Below, piece by piece: positions 28,701 to 38,039 of a stretch of DNA of 64,000 nucleotides. The notes beneath the pieces are model-generated. The model saw nothing but the letters and a program-made list of their open reading frames with translations, ran no database searches and had not been told where the DNA came from. Position numbers and translations under genes: made by a program. Position 1 is the first letter of the stretch; each line of letters begins with the position of its first letter. This stretch comes from a virus. Where the stretch lies: IMG/VR virus record IMGVR_UViG_3300027810_000002, positions 111,163-175,162 of that record. One strand, given 5' to 3'.

Positions 28701-31700
28701 ACCATGATAGTTCCATGTTACTTTACTAGCAACTATATTTGAACTGGTCCATGGATTTACATAATCACCAACCTGTATTATCGCGTTATTTGTTGAATGT
28801 CCTTCAAATAATTCTATTCCTTGGAATCCTTGATCTCCTTTAGTTCCTTTTAATCCTTGATCTCCAGCTCCTCCAGTAGATCCTTTCTCTCCTTGGAATC
28901 CAGATCCTCCAGTAGAACCTTGGAATCCTTTATCTCCTTTTAATCCTTTATCTCCTTGGAATCCTTGATCTCCAGCTCCTCCAGTAGATCCTTTCTCTCC
29001 TTGGAATCCAGCTCCTCCAGTAGAACCTTGGAAACCTTTATCTCCCTTTAACCCGGTGTCTCCTTGGAATCCTTGATCTCCAGCTCCTCCAGTAGATCCT
29101 TTCTCTCCTTGGAATCCAGCTCCTCCAGTAGATCCTTGGAAACCTTTATCTCCTTTTAGACCTTTATCTCCTTGATCTCCTTGATCTCCAGCTCCTCCAG
29201 TAGAACCTGTAGCTCCTTGGAATCCGGTATCTCCTTGGAATCCCTGGGCTCCTCCTCCTCCAGTAGAACCATCTGATCCTTGGAATCCTTGATCTCCAGC
29301 TCCTCCAGTAGATCCTTTCTCTCCTTGGAATCCTTGATCTCCAGCTCCTCCAGCAGATCCTTTCTCTCCTTGGAATCCTTGATCTCCTTTTAATCCTGTA
29401 TCTCCTTGGAATCCTTGATCTCCAGCTCCTCCAGTAGAACCAATAGTTCCTTGGAATCCTTGATCTCCAGCTCCTCCAGTAGATCCTGTATCTCCTTGGA
29501 ATCCTTGATCTCCAGCTCCTCCAGTAGAACCAATAGTTCCTTGGAATCCTTGATCTCCAGCTCCTCCAGTAGATCCTGTATCTCCTTGGAATCCTTGATC
29601 TCCAGCTCCTCCAGTAGATCCTTGATCTCCTTGGAATCCATCAGCACCATCTATACCATTAGTACCATCTATACCATTTGTACCGTTTGTACCGGCATCT
29701 CCTTGTGCTCCATCTATTCCGTTTGTACCGTCTGTTCCATCTGCTCCGTTTGTACCGTTTGTACCGGCATCTCCTTGTGCTCCATCTATTCCGTTTGTAC
29801 CGTCTGTTCCATCTGCTCCGTTTGTACCGTCAGTTCCAGCAGCTCCTTGTGCTCCATCTGCTCCGTCTATACCGTTTGTACCAGCATCTCCTTGTGCTCC
29901 ATCTATTCCGTCTGTACCGTCAGTTCCAGCAGCTCCTTGTGCTCCATCTGCTCCGTCTATACCGTTTGTACCAGCATCTCCTTGTGCTCCATCTATTCCG
30001 TCTGTACCGTTTGTACCAGCAGCTCCATCTGCTCCGTCTGTTCCGTCTATACCGTTTGTGCCAGCATCTCCTTGTGCTCCATCTATTCCGTTTGTACCGT
30101 CTGTTCCATCTGCTCCATCTATTCCGTTTGTACCAGCATCTCCTTGTGCTCCATCTATTCCGTTTGTACCGTCTGTTCCGTTTGTACCATCAGTTCCAGC
30201 GGCTCCTTGTGCTCCATCTGTTCCATCAGTTCCAACAGCTCCTTGTGCTCCATCTATTCCGTTTGTACCGTTTGTACCATCAGCTCCGTCTATACCGTTT
30301 GTACCAGCATCTCCTTGTGCTCCATCTATTCCGTTTGTACCGTTTGTACCATCAGTTCCGTTTGTACCATCAGCTCCGTCTATACCGTCTGTTCCAGCAG
30401 CTCCTTGTGCTCCATCTATTCCGTTTGTTCCGTCTGTTCCGTCTATTCCGTTTGTACCGTCTGCTCCGTCTATACCGTCTGTTCCAGCAGCTCCTTGTGC
30501 TCCATCTATTCCGTTTGTACCGTTTGTACCATGAGCTCCATCTATACCATCAACTCCAGCATCTCCTTGGAATCCTTGAATTCCATCAATTCCTTTGTCT
30601 CCTACTTCTCCTTGATATCCTTGGAAACCAACAGCTCCGTCTGTTCCGTCTATTCCGTTTGTACCGTCTGTTCCGTCTATACCGTTTGTACCATCTGTTC
30701 CGTTTGTACCATCAGCTCCGTCTATACCATCAGCTCCGTCTATGCCGTTCGTACCGGCAGCTCCTTGTGCTCCATCTATTCCGTTTGTACCGTCTGTTCC
30801 GTTTGTACCATCTGTTCCGTCTATACCGTCTGTTCCAGCAGCTCCTTGTGCTCCGTCTATACCGTTTGTACCATCTGTTCCGTTTGTACCATCTGTTCCG
30901 TCTATACCGTCTGTTCCAGCAGCTCCTTGTGCTCCGTCTATACCGTTTGTACCATCTGTTCCGTTTGTACCATCTGTTCCAGCAGCTCCTTGTGCTCCAT
31001 CTGTTCCGTCTGTTCCGTCTATACCGTTTGTACCATCAGCTCCGTCTATACCGTCTGTTCCAGCAGCTCCTTGTGCTCCATCTATTCCGTTTGTTCCGTC
31101 TGTTCCGTCTATTCCGTTTGTACCGTCTGCTCCGTCTATACCGTCTGTTCCAGCAGCTCCTTGTGCTCCATCTATTCCGTTTGTACCGTCTGCTCCGTTT
31201 GTACCGTCTATACCGTTTGTACCATCAGCTCCATCTATTCCGTTTGTACCGTCTGTTCCATCTGCTCCGTCTGTTCCGTTTGTACCATCAGTTCCAGCAG
31301 CTCCGTCTGTTCCGTCTATACCGTTTGTACCGTCTATGCCGTTTGTACCATCAGCTCCGTCTATACCGTCTGTTCCAGCAGCTCCTTGTGCTCCATCTAT
31401 TCCGTTTGTACCGTCTGTTCCGTCTATACCGTCTGTTCCAGCAGCTCCTTGTGCTCCATCTATTCCGTTTGTACCGTCTATACCGTTTGTACCATCAGCT
31501 CCAAAATCTCCATCTCTTCCAGGATCTCCTTGATCTCCTTGGAAACCTTTATCTCCTTCAAACCCCTGAGGACCAATAGGTCCTTGTGCTCCACCGCCTC
31601 CGGTTCCTCCTGCACTTGGAATCCAAACATAATCACCAGCTTCAGCACCAGCCCCTAAAAGACCAGTATCATTTGAATTAACTAAGTGTAATTTTAAAAC

Positions 31701-31913
31701 TTTATCTAAATCGTCTATTAGATCTAGGTCGCCGTCAGTACCGGTTCCCATTACCCTATAACCTTTTATAACTTGGCCAACTAAATCAAGATTATAATCC
31801 ATCTCATCGTGGGTTAATGGTCTTAATCTATCTCCTTCATTCGGGTATTGTGGCTGGTATTGTCCGTTCTCTGATTTATACTGTTCACCAGATGTGTTTA
31901 GTGGATCTTGCAT
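25773..31913 (-). CDS. Giant collagen-like fibre protein (2046 aa)
   Basis: Hundreds of Gly-X-Y triplets in two blocks, with internal and C-terminal globular domains. Confidence 0.9.
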   Translation of the reverse strand: MQDPLNTSGEQYKSENGQYQPQYPNEGDRLRPLTHDEMDYNLDLVGQVIKGYRVMGTGTDGDLDLIDDLDKVLKLHLVNSNDTGLLGAGAEAGDYVWIPSAGGTGGGGAQGPIGPQGFEGDKGFQGDQGDPGRDGDFGADGTNGIDGTNGIDGAQGAAGTDGIDGTDGTNGIDGAQGAAGTDGIDGADGTNGIDGTNGIDGTDGAAGTDGTNGTDGADGTDGTNGIDGADGTNGIDGTNGADGTNGIDGAQGAAGTDGIDGADGTNGIDGTDGTNGIDGAQGAAGTDGIDGADGTNGIDGTDGTDGAQGAAGTDGTNGTDGTNGIDGAQGAAGTDGIDGTDGTNGTDGTNGIDGAQGAAGTDGIDGTDGTNGTDGTNGIDGAQGAAGTNGIDGADGIDGADGTNGTDGTNGIDGTDGTNGIDGTDGAVGFQGYQGEVGDKGIDGIQGFQGDAGVDGIDGAHGTNGTNGIDGAQGAAGTDGIDGADGTNGIDGTDGTNGIDGAQGAAGTDGIDGADGTNGTDGTNGTNGIDGAQGDAGTNGIDGADGTNGTNGIDGAQGAVGTDGTDGAQGAAGTDGTNGTDGTNGIDGAQGDAGTNGIDGADGTDGTNGIDGAQGDAGTNGIDGTDGADGAAGTNGTDGIDGAQGDAGTNGIDGADGAQGAAGTDGTDGIDGAQGDAGTNGIDGADGAQGAAGTDGTNGADGTDGTNGIDGAQGDAGTNGTNGADGTDGTNGIDGAQGDAGTNGTNGIDGTNGIDGADGFQGDQGSTGGAGDQGFQGDTGSTGGAGDQGFQGTIGSTGGAGDQGFQGDTGSTGGAGDQGFQGTIGSTGGAGDQGFQGDTGLKGDQGFQGEKGSAGGAGDQGFQGEKGSTGGAGDQGFQGSDGSTGGGGAQGFQGDTGFQGATGSTGGAGDQGDQGDKGLKGDKGFQGSTGGAGFQGEKGSTGGAGDQGFQGDTGLKGDKGFQGSTGGAGFQGEKGSTGGAGDQGFQGDKGLKGDKGFQGSTGGSGFQGEKGSTGGAGDQGLKGTKGDQGFQGIELFEGHSTNNAIIQVGDYVNPWTSSNIVASKVTWNYHGTLNPTGALTSSYAIHDMAVSLDGYDNCKQDSAISQQLLAVSQALNAVKSASSVNQLIGMITLIDCDDFTNFVRIPIDKTFQLHGTSGFTCVPNGNSTTYGIITNSSKLGIEIEVYGASITGSDGTQGFQGSDGSTGGGGAQGFQGDTGFQGATGSTGGAGDQGFQGDKGLKGDTGFQGSSGGSGFQGDKGLKGDKGFQGSTGGAGFQGEKGSTGGAGDQGFQGDTGLKGDKGFQGEKGSAGGAGDQGFQGDKGLKGDKGFQGSTGGAGFQGEKGSTGGAGDQGFQGDTGFQGTIGSTGGAGDQGFQGDTGLKGDKGFQGSSGGSGFQGDKGFQGDKGFQGDKGLKGDKGFQGSTGGAGDQGFQGEKGSAGGAGDQGFQGDKGLKGDKGFQGSTGGAGFQGDTGLKGDKGFQGEKGSTGGAGDQGFQGDTGLKGDKGFQGSTGGAGFQGDTGLKGDKGFQGEKGSTGGAGDQGFQGDTGLKGDKGFQGSTGGAGFQGDTGLKGDKGFQGEKGSTGGAGDQGFQGDTGLKGDKGFQGSTGGAGFQGDKGLKGDKGFQGSSGGSGFQGDKGFQGDKGLKGDKGFQGSAGGAGDQGFQGEKGSAGGAGDQGFQGDKGLKGDKGFQGSTGGAGFQGDKGFQGDKGLKGDKGFQGSTGGAGDQGFQGEKGLKGDKGFQGSSGGSGFQGDKGFQGDKGLKGDKGFQGSSGGSGFQGDKGFQGEKGSAGGAGDQGFQGEKGSAGGAGDQGFQGAKGFQGAKGFQGLKGTKGDQGFQGLKGTKGDQGFQGLKGTKGDQGFQGEKGSAGGAGDQGFQGLKGTKGDSGTGGGIGDQGDTGLKGDKGFQGTQGPENTGFTCTEYIGINSTAYSTQNTTTNISNSFVQIPITFTNGYYITGISASYGQTANGEGCIFELIRHDSANSVVVVTEYTHPSNQKMVSSIVSASPAIVKDNHYSIRVKSGSAGGGIGYTVTLTLTHSSCFLM
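26180..31560. repeat. Coding 9-bp-unit tandem repeat mosaic (collagen triplets)
   Basis: Units such as ccttggaat, cctttatct, ccgtttgta, ccatctatt; interrupted by unique sequence at ~28340-28815. Confidence 0.9.
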
Positions 31914-31931
31914 TATTATTTTTTAGTATTT

Positions 31932-32471
31932 TTAATTTTGACTTCTTTCTTTCTTATATAAATCTATTAAATAATTAATAGTATTAATAAAGTATACCTC
32001 GATATAACCACAATCGATGTATTGTCTTTGTACTTTAATGTATTCGTCTAATTTTAATTCATTCCAAACAGCTAAGATCTCATTATACTTATATAAGTAA
32101 GAGTCTTTTCCTGTGTTCAGCGCATCCATCGAGGCAGTTTGCACGTTTTCTGATGTTGTTGTAAATCTACGAGTGGTTGGTTCGTATTGCACAGGGGTTG
32201 TTGAGGTGTTAGGTGATGTCATTGTAAATCTTTTTAATAAATAAAGATTTAATTGAAAACATTGAATATTATCCCAATTAGGTTCCGCTGGAAATGTAGC
32301 AATAAATGCATCTAAATCCGCAAGAGTATTAAATGTTCTTGAGGTTTTAACGTCTGATTCATTACTTAACGATTCTAAAAGAATGTTGGAAATACTACTC
32401 TCCGCATTTAAATTCCTAAATTGTCGAAGTTTTACTGAAATAAGTTTTAAAGTAAGTATATCTGTTATCAT
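31932..32471 (-). CDS. Hypothetical protein
   Basis: 179 aa upstream of fibre gene. Confidence 0.65.
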   Translation of the reverse strand: MITDILTLKLISVKLRQFRNLNAESSISNILLESLSNESDVKTSRTFNTLADLDAFIATFPAEPNWDNIQCFQLNLYLLKRFTMTSPNTSTTPVQYEPTTRRFTTTSENVQTASMDALNTGKDSYLYKYNEILAVWNELKLDEYIKVQRQYIDCGYIEVYFINTINYLIDLYKKERSQN

Positions 32472-32876
32472 CTATCCTCCTGTTTTTTTGAATAAGTCTA
32501 GTGCTTGTGTAATTAAAATTGCAATAAGACCACCAATACCTGTTAAAAGAGCCCATGCAAATTTAACGAAACCCGATTTGAATCTCATAAGATCTTTGTG
32601 TTCTTCAAGTATTTTTTGAGTTTGTTCTAATTCAGCCTCAGCTGCTAATCTAGCCTCAGTATTCTTTTTAGTCTCAACAATAACTCCATCAAAAGGACTT
32701 AAGAGTTGTCTTTTCATCTCTTTCATTTCCCTTTTCATATCATTTTGGTTTTCAACCAATTGATTTAAGGCATTCTCGATTTGAATAAAATTAGGATCTT
32801 CCATTCTACCTTTAAATGTAGAAAATAGATCATATAATTCTTGTATAAGTTCCTTAGGTGATTTTTCGTGTTGCAT
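32472..32876 (-). CDS. Coiled-coil protein with C-terminal TM (holin/XhlA-like architecture)
   Basis: Coiled coil followed by FAWALLTGIGGLIAILI; next to lysozyme gene. Confidence 0.45.
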   Translation of the reverse strand: MQHEKSPKELIQELYDLFSTFKGRMEDPNFIQIENALNQLVENQNDMKREMKEMKRQLLSPFDGVIVETKKNTEARLAAEAELEQTQKILEEHKDLMRFKSGFVKFAWALLTGIGGLIAILITQALDLFKKTGG

Positions 32877-32942
32877 CTAGTTAAATTGATCTTTTTTGTC
32901 TAATCTATATATCTAAATGAAATCAGACTCAATTTAATTTAA

Positions 32943-33455
32943 TCACTTCGCGTTCAATTCGTTTTGTATTTTTGCCCAGTAGTATTCAGTCCTTTTATTC
33001 TTATAACCCCGGGGACCTCCGTTCCAATTACGAGCAATAGTTTCAAAGCCTCCTTTAGGGTGGTGATAGTTTTTCCAAACCATAAACATTTCAATAGACC
33101 TTTCTCTATTGTATCGATCTTTTTTAGAATATCTTTTATTGGATTTCTGAATCTTTAAAATTCTATTAACCTCTCTCAGCATTATTGGTCTGATTTGTAA
33201 AGCACCTACTGCTTCATTACCTACCAGGTGTTTGTCACCTATTGCTGAGTCATTACCTAGTGACTCGACCTGAATCATCGCCGGAATTAGGTTATCTTTT
33301 ACACTAATCAGTTCGACTCTCTTAGGTTCAATCTTTGTAACTGCTATGATCTTCTTTCTTTCTTGAGGAGGATCATTAGGCACCTGTTTAATACTACCCC
33401 CACTAATAATAAGTGGTAAAATAAAAACAGAAATAAGTAATGGATTACGTTTCAT
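32943..33455 (-). CDS. Lysozyme-fold muralytic enzyme (SLT/destabilase-like) with N-terminal hydrophobic signal
   Basis: AMIQVES, GALQI, ARNWNGGPRG, TEYYW. Confidence 0.8.
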   Translation of the reverse strand: MKRNPLLISVFILPLIISGGSIKQVPNDPPQERKKIIAVTKIEPKRVELISVKDNLIPAMIQVESLGNDSAIGDKHLVGNEAVGALQIRPIMLREVNRILKIQKSNKRYSKKDRYNRERSIEMFMVWKNYHHPKGGFETIARNWNGGPRGYKNKRTEYYWAKIQNELNAK

Positions 33456-33543
33456 ATTATTATTGTTTATTTACTATACTAATATAAACAAAAAAACCCA
33501 AACAAAAAAATGTTTGGGCTTTTATTTTCAATAAATTTTAAAT

Positions 33544-34020
33544 TTATTTAAGTTGACCTTTAATGTAATCAGAAGGTGCATCTTTTATAATGATATTGCT
33601 TCCGCTTTCATCTAATAAATCTTTAGGACCTTTATATCCTTGATATCCTAATCCTCCAGATCCTATACCAGATCCTGAACCAGATCCTGAACCATCTACA
33701 GGTCCTCCTGGATTAATCTTAATAATACCATCACTAGAACCTCCAGATCCTATACCAGATCCTGAACCAGATCCTGAACCAAATTCAGGTATATCAGTTA
33801 TAATAGGTTTTATAGGTTTTATTCCACCTGTACCATAACCTGATCCTGATCCTGATCCTGAGTTAGTTGTTCCACCGTGTCCAGATCCTGAACCAGATCC
33901 TGAACTAGTTGTTTGACCACCAGAACCAACTGGCTTAACTGGTGCGTTCTTTTTAGTAACCGCCTTTCTAACGAAGAATGCAACCACTGCTAATACCAAT
34001 AATCCTAATAATAATTTCAT
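33544..34020 (-). CDS. Membrane-anchored Gly/Ser-rich protein
   Basis: N-terminal TM, GSGSGSG repeats. Confidence 0.65.
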   Translation of the reverse strand: MKLLLGLLVLAVVAFFVRKAVTKKNAPVKPVGSGGQTTSSGSGSGSGHGGTTNSGSGSGSGYGTGGIKPIKPIITDIPEFGSGSGSGSGIGSGGSSDGIIKINPGGPVDGSGSGSGSGIGSGGLGYQGYKGPKDLLDESGSNIIIKDAPSDYIKGQLK

Positions 34021-34114
34021 GCTTTATATAATTGTTTTTAATTTATAGATAGTTCTACATGGTATATATTCACAAAAAAAGTGTAACATTTCACAATTAC
34101 ACTTTTTTAATAGC

Positions 34115-34303
34115 TTAGGCCGGTCCACCGACGCCGAAGTTGAACAAGTAATAGTCATCAGACTCTTCATCACTTTCATCAAATTGGTCAAACATAATTG
34201 GCTCGAAGTCAATCATGTCTTCCACTGAAAGGGATTTATTAACAGATAATTTTTCGTTTTGTTCATCTAGCGAAGTTGGATCTACTTCGTTGATGAAATC
34301 CAT
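34115..34303 (-). CDS. Small acidic protein
   Basis: 62 aa; AAAC-N17-TAGAAT upstream. Confidence 0.5.
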   Translation of the reverse strand: MDFINEVDPTSLDEQNEKLSVNKSLSVEDMIDFEPIMFDQFDESDEESDDYYLFNFGVGGPA

Positions 34304-34373
34304 TAGATAAATAAATATTTTTTAGTATAGGTTATTCTATATTAATATATATTCTAGTTTCTAAAAAAGTTTA

Positions 34374-34700
34374 TTATTTTTTGTGATTATTTTCACTTGA
34401 TTCTAAATCTTTTTCAAGATTTAAACTCCAGATTCTATCGTTAGGTACGACGAACTTTCTTTCATGATCGTATAGGTAAAAAGTAGTGCGATAAACTGAT
34501 TGTCTGACTATTCTCGCCTTCTTAGTTCCATTGATCCATACTACATCATCCACGTTAAAATCGTTACCGTATAAGAACATAGCACCTGTGTAAAATTTAG
34601 ATATAGAATCCTTGAAAGCAATAGAAATAACAGCAGTTGCAACAAGCCATCCCCATTCTCCTAGTATTTTTTCAACTATTTCCCTTACTGATTCTATCAT
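34374..34700 (-). CDS. Minimal MscS-like membrane protein
   Basis: IAFKDSISKF..G...FNVDDVVWI...RTT...VVPN. Confidence 0.6.
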   Translation of the reverse strand: MIESVREIVEKILGEWGWLVATAVISIAFKDSISKFYTGAMFLYGNDFNVDDVVWINGTKKARIVRQSVYRTTFYLYDHERKFVVPNDRIWSLNLEKDLESSENNHKK

Positions 34701-34854
34701 CCCAATATGCTTTATAATCTTTTATAGTTCCTTTGAACCTTCTGATTTTATTTAACCTAGGATCTTCAGCAACACCAGGCTGGGTTGCATTAATTTCTTG
34801 ATTAGGTTTTATGTTTTTTCCTCCAATAGTCTTCATTAGTTATATATCTATAAC

Positions 34855-35055
34855 TTAATCTAAGCTTATTCGATAACCAACCCACCATAGATCTATTCTA
34901 ATAAAGAAAGCGCCATTATTAAATCCAAATCCAAAACGTAACATTCTGTTCCAATGATCAAGTTTGATTTTGTGAATCATTTTTCTTTTTTTAGCTCCTA
35001 TTCTAATCATCCAATCATTTATAGATTCTTCTTCTCTGCGTTTGCGATTATTCAT
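34855..35055 (-). CDS. Hypothetical protein
   Basis: 66 aa. Confidence 0.5.
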   Translation of the reverse strand: MNNRKRREEESINDWMIRIGAKKRKMIHKIKLDHWNRMLRFGFGFNNGAFFIRIDLWWVGYRISLD

Positions 35056-35157
35056 TTATAATAAAGGTCCCGCACTTCCTGATTTGATTGCAGCCTTCAT
35101 TCGCTGTTCTTCTAACCAAATTAGATAGTTCCATATTTTTTTAATAGTATTCATAGT

Positions 35158-36204
35158 TTAATTACTTAAGGGTGCTTTAATACTCGGGTGATATTTATAA
35201 TCTTTAACTTCAAAATCAAATTCACCATCTAATAAGTTTACATTACTAAATTCTACTGTTGGTAAATCATACATTTCCCTAGATAATTGTTCTCTTGCTT
35301 GATCTTCATGATTCTTATATAAGTGAACATCACCTAAGTTTCCAATCAATTGATCTGGAATCATATTAACTTCCTCTGCAATTAAACAAAGTAATGCCGC
35401 ATAACTCGCAATATTAAATGGAAGTCCTAAGAAAGTATCTACAGATCTTTGGTTCCACATTAGAGAGATTGCCCTTGTAGGTACATTATCATCGTCCATC
35501 ATGTCCAGGCCATTTATTTTACCATAAGTATTTCCTCCTCCTTCTTCCCATGTTTTATCTGAACCTGAATATATTTTATATCTTTCGTCAAAACTTAACT
35601 CCCTAGTGTAAACTTGGAATCCATAATGACAAGGTGGAAGAGTCATTTGGTCTAACTCACCAACATTCCATGCTGATACCATTAACCTTCTACTATCTGG
35701 GTTTGTTTTTAATTCTTTAATAAGGTTTGCGATTTGGTCTATTAAAACTTCTCCTTCTTTGTAACCCCATTCAAATACATCTTCTTGTTTCCATTTCCTC
35801 CACTGTTTACCGTATATTGGACCAAGTTCTCCCCACTTCTCTGCAAAAGCATCATTGGTTTTAATGTTATCAATAAATTCCTTTTGGGATAATGAATGAT
35901 CGTGTGGTGGGTTACATTCTATATCTGCGTATTTCTTATAAGCATCACCGTTCCATACGTTACAATTATTATCAACTAAGTATTTGATGTTTGTATCTCC
36001 TTTAAGAAACCATTTCAATTCAGTCATCATCGTCTTAACTGCCATTCTCTTGGTAGTCAATAAAGGAAATCCATCAGACATATTGTGTCTAATTTGGCGA
36101 CCGAATACTGAAAGTGTTCCAGTTCCTGTGCGATCTGATTTTTCTGTTGAGTTTTCTAATAGAGTTCCAAGCAAGGCTCGGTATTGTTCTTCAATTCTAT
36201 TCAT
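35158..36204 (-). CDS. thyA: Thymidylate synthase
   Basis: DRTGTGT, FPLLTTK, ELKWF, GPIYGKQWR, LPPCH, QRSVD..LGLPFN, GDVHLY. Confidence 0.96.
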   Translation of the reverse strand: MNRIEEQYRALLGTLLENSTEKSDRTGTGTLSVFGRQIRHNMSDGFPLLTTKRMAVKTMMTELKWFLKGDTNIKYLVDNNCNVWNGDAYKKYADIECNPPHDHSLSQKEFIDNIKTNDAFAEKWGELGPIYGKQWRKWKQEDVFEWGYKEGEVLIDQIANLIKELKTNPDSRRLMVSAWNVGELDQMTLPPCHYGFQVYTRELSFDERYKIYSGSDKTWEEGGGNTYGKINGLDMMDDDNVPTRAISLMWNQRSVDTFLGLPFNIASYAALLCLIAEEVNMIPDQLIGNLGDVHLYKNHEDQAREQLSREMYDLPTVEFSNVNLLDGEFDFEVKDYKYHPSIKAPLSN

Positions 36205-36427
36205 TTTCTATTTCTTTACTGCATCCTCCGCAAGTTTCTCTCCATACTGCGTTTAATGCTCCACATTCACATATCCATGATTGATCTACTAAACTTTTCT
36301 CAGTGTTCATTTAGTTAATTGGTTTATGTCCACCTATTAGTAATTCCCAGTATGCTTTTAAAGCCTTTTTAATTTTTCTTATTGCCATCTTTTCTTAACA
36401 TTACATGTTTTAGTTTGTTCTTCAATT

Positions 36428-36673
36428 CTATTCATTAATAAAGTTGTTAATGTCTTCCATCTCTCTTTTGATGATAGCGCAATATGTATATAATTCTTCT
36501 TTCTCAAAGGCCTTAAGAGCCCATCCCATTTCTTGTACTGTACCTATTCTTAACCAGTCAATAAAATCATCTTCATCCTCAAAGTGTTCTATTAAAACCC
36601 TAGGGTTAATTAGATCAATATACATTCTTTCTAGTTCTTCTGGATCCATTATAGATATTTTAACCAAGCCCAA
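36428..36673 (-). CDS. Small protein with UVR-like C-terminus
   Basis: EKEELYTYCAIIKREM. Confidence 0.5.
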   Translation of the reverse strand: MGLVKISIMDPEELERMYIDLINPRVLIEHFEDEDDFIDWLRIGTVQEMGWALKAFEKEELYTYCAIIKREMEDINNFINE

Positions 36674-37014
36674 AATCTTCGGTTCTTAAGGTATTCATAG
36701 TCATTTTCATTTGCATACGCTTCTCTTTCAAAAGAGATATTATAGTAAGCTTTCTTTCCATAGAAAAACAGTTTTATAAACCATTCAGTAATATACAAAA
36801 CATAAAAAGGAATGATTAGAAGTTCTTCCTGTTGCTTGATATGAATACTCTCATGATTAACTGTTCTTTTTCTTTTAGTCACGTAATAGTTTGTAGTTCT
36901 TTGGTAGTATTCTCTTAAAATTACAAATGGCCATAAGGTTATTCCACCAATATTCATAAACCAACTAATACTATTTAAGAATTTATCACTATACTTAACA
37001 ATAGGAGTTTTCAT
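36649..37014 (-). CDS. Bacteroidota-type conserved HExxH protein
   Basis: GITLWPF, NHESIHIKQQ, AYYNISFEREAY. Confidence 0.7.
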   Translation of the reverse strand: MKTPIVKYSDKFLNSISWFMNIGGITLWPFVILREYYQRTTNYYVTKRKRTVNHESIHIKQQEELLIIPFYVLYITEWFIKLFFYGKKAYYNISFEREAYANENDYEYLKNRRFWAWLKYL

Positions 37015-37015
37015 T

Positions 37016-37276
37016 CTATTTAATTTTGTTTTGTCGAGATACTTGATTGCTCTCCATTTCTTTTAATAACTTATATTTTAATTCTTCGAACTGAATATCA
37101 GTATGTGTACTGTTGATACACTCAAATTGTATCTCAGTTTCTCCTGGTGTATAGTTCTTAAGAACAAGTAAATTATATTCATCCATGATTGGTGACTCCT
37201 GGAAGTCTAAAAACACGTTCGATACTTCATCTTCGGTTTTACCATAGGGCATTCTAACTATTAAAATTGGTGTCAT
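37016..37276 (-). CDS. Hypothetical protein
   Basis: 86 aa; AAAC-N17-TATAAT upstream. Confidence 0.6.
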   Translation of the reverse strand: MTPILIVRMPYGKTEDEVSNVFLDFQESPIMDEYNLLVLKNYTPGETEIQFECINSTHTDIQFEELKYKLLKEMESNQVSRQNKIK

Positions 37277-37323
37277 TTTTATGATGTTTAATTTAAAATT
37301 ATATCAAAAAATTACAGATTGTT

Positions 37324-37632
37324 TCAAATGTTAAATATATCCTCATCTCCTTCAAGATCCACGTTATCGTCTTGAAATCTATTTAAAGCTTCTTTTAGTT
37401 CGTGAACTCTCCATTCATGATCGAAAACTTCTTCAATACTTACCTTACCGTTCTTGTGTAATTTTTTAAATTTAGAAAGATCTTTTTTTGCCGTATTTAG
37501 CATACGTGTAAGTTCTTTTTCACCTGTTGTTAAAGATTCTATTGAAATTTTATTAGATTTAATTTCTTTTTCTATTACCTCAAAATGAATACGAGGAAAT
37601 AGGTCACAAAATTTACTTAAAAGTTGTTTCAT
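37324..37632 (-). CDS. Hypothetical protein
   Basis: 102 aa. Confidence 0.6.
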   Translation of the reverse strand: MKQLLSKFCDLFPRIHFEVIEKEIKSNKISIESLTTGEKELTRMLNTAKKDLSKFKKLHKNGKVSIEEVFDHEWRVHELKEALNRFQDDNVDLEGDEDIFNI

Positions 37633-37704
37633 AATGATATGAATTATGTTATGTTTATAATTGCACTATAAAAATTATATATCTGAGTCTTATGCTTATA
37701 AATG

Positions 37705-37738
37705 AAAAAAGGCCCTAATAAAAATTAGAGCCTTTTTT
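37705..37738. terminator. Bidirectional terminator-like hairpin
   Basis: AAAAAAGGCCCTAAT-AAAA-ATTAGAGCCTTTTTT. Confidence 0.6.
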
Positions 37739-37754
37739 AGATTGAGTCCTATTC

Positions 37755-37970
37755 TTAAATAGTACCTGGTCTTAGAGTGTCGATTGACTTTGCCAATAAG
37801 ACAGAGTCTCTTACACTTAATCTTCCAGAATTCTGAGCTAATTGAGCCGCTTGGATCAATACGTTAACTGCAGCAGTCTCGTCGATGTTTGTAATTTCTT
37901 CAAATACTGGTGATAATTGTTGTTCAGCAGTTTCTTGAGTTTCAGCAGTTGCTGTGTTTTCTAGTGACAT
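37755..37970 (-). CDS. Hypothetical protein
   Basis: 71 aa with own promoter and terminator. Confidence 0.65.
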   Translation of the reverse strand: MSLENTATAETQETAEQQLSPVFEEITNIDETAAVNVLIQAAQLAQNSGRLSVRDSVLLAKSIDTLRPGTI

Positions 37971-38039
37971 AATTTTTGTTTTTAAATTTATATTTGTTAA
38001 CTAATACGAATATTATACTCGTGTTTCTTAAAAAGTTTA

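Noticed and set aside
26180-31560. CRISPR array or DGR-like repeats
   Set aside because: In-frame 9-bp coding units without unique spacers; no cas or reverse transcriptase gene in the window
26433-31658. Long + strand and alternative-frame ORFs (750, 633, 263, 158 aa and others)
   Set aside because: Stop-free shadows of the collagen repeat with low-complexity translations
35158-36204. Intein or intron in thyA
   Set aside because: Insertions are short and in-frame and lack splice motifs
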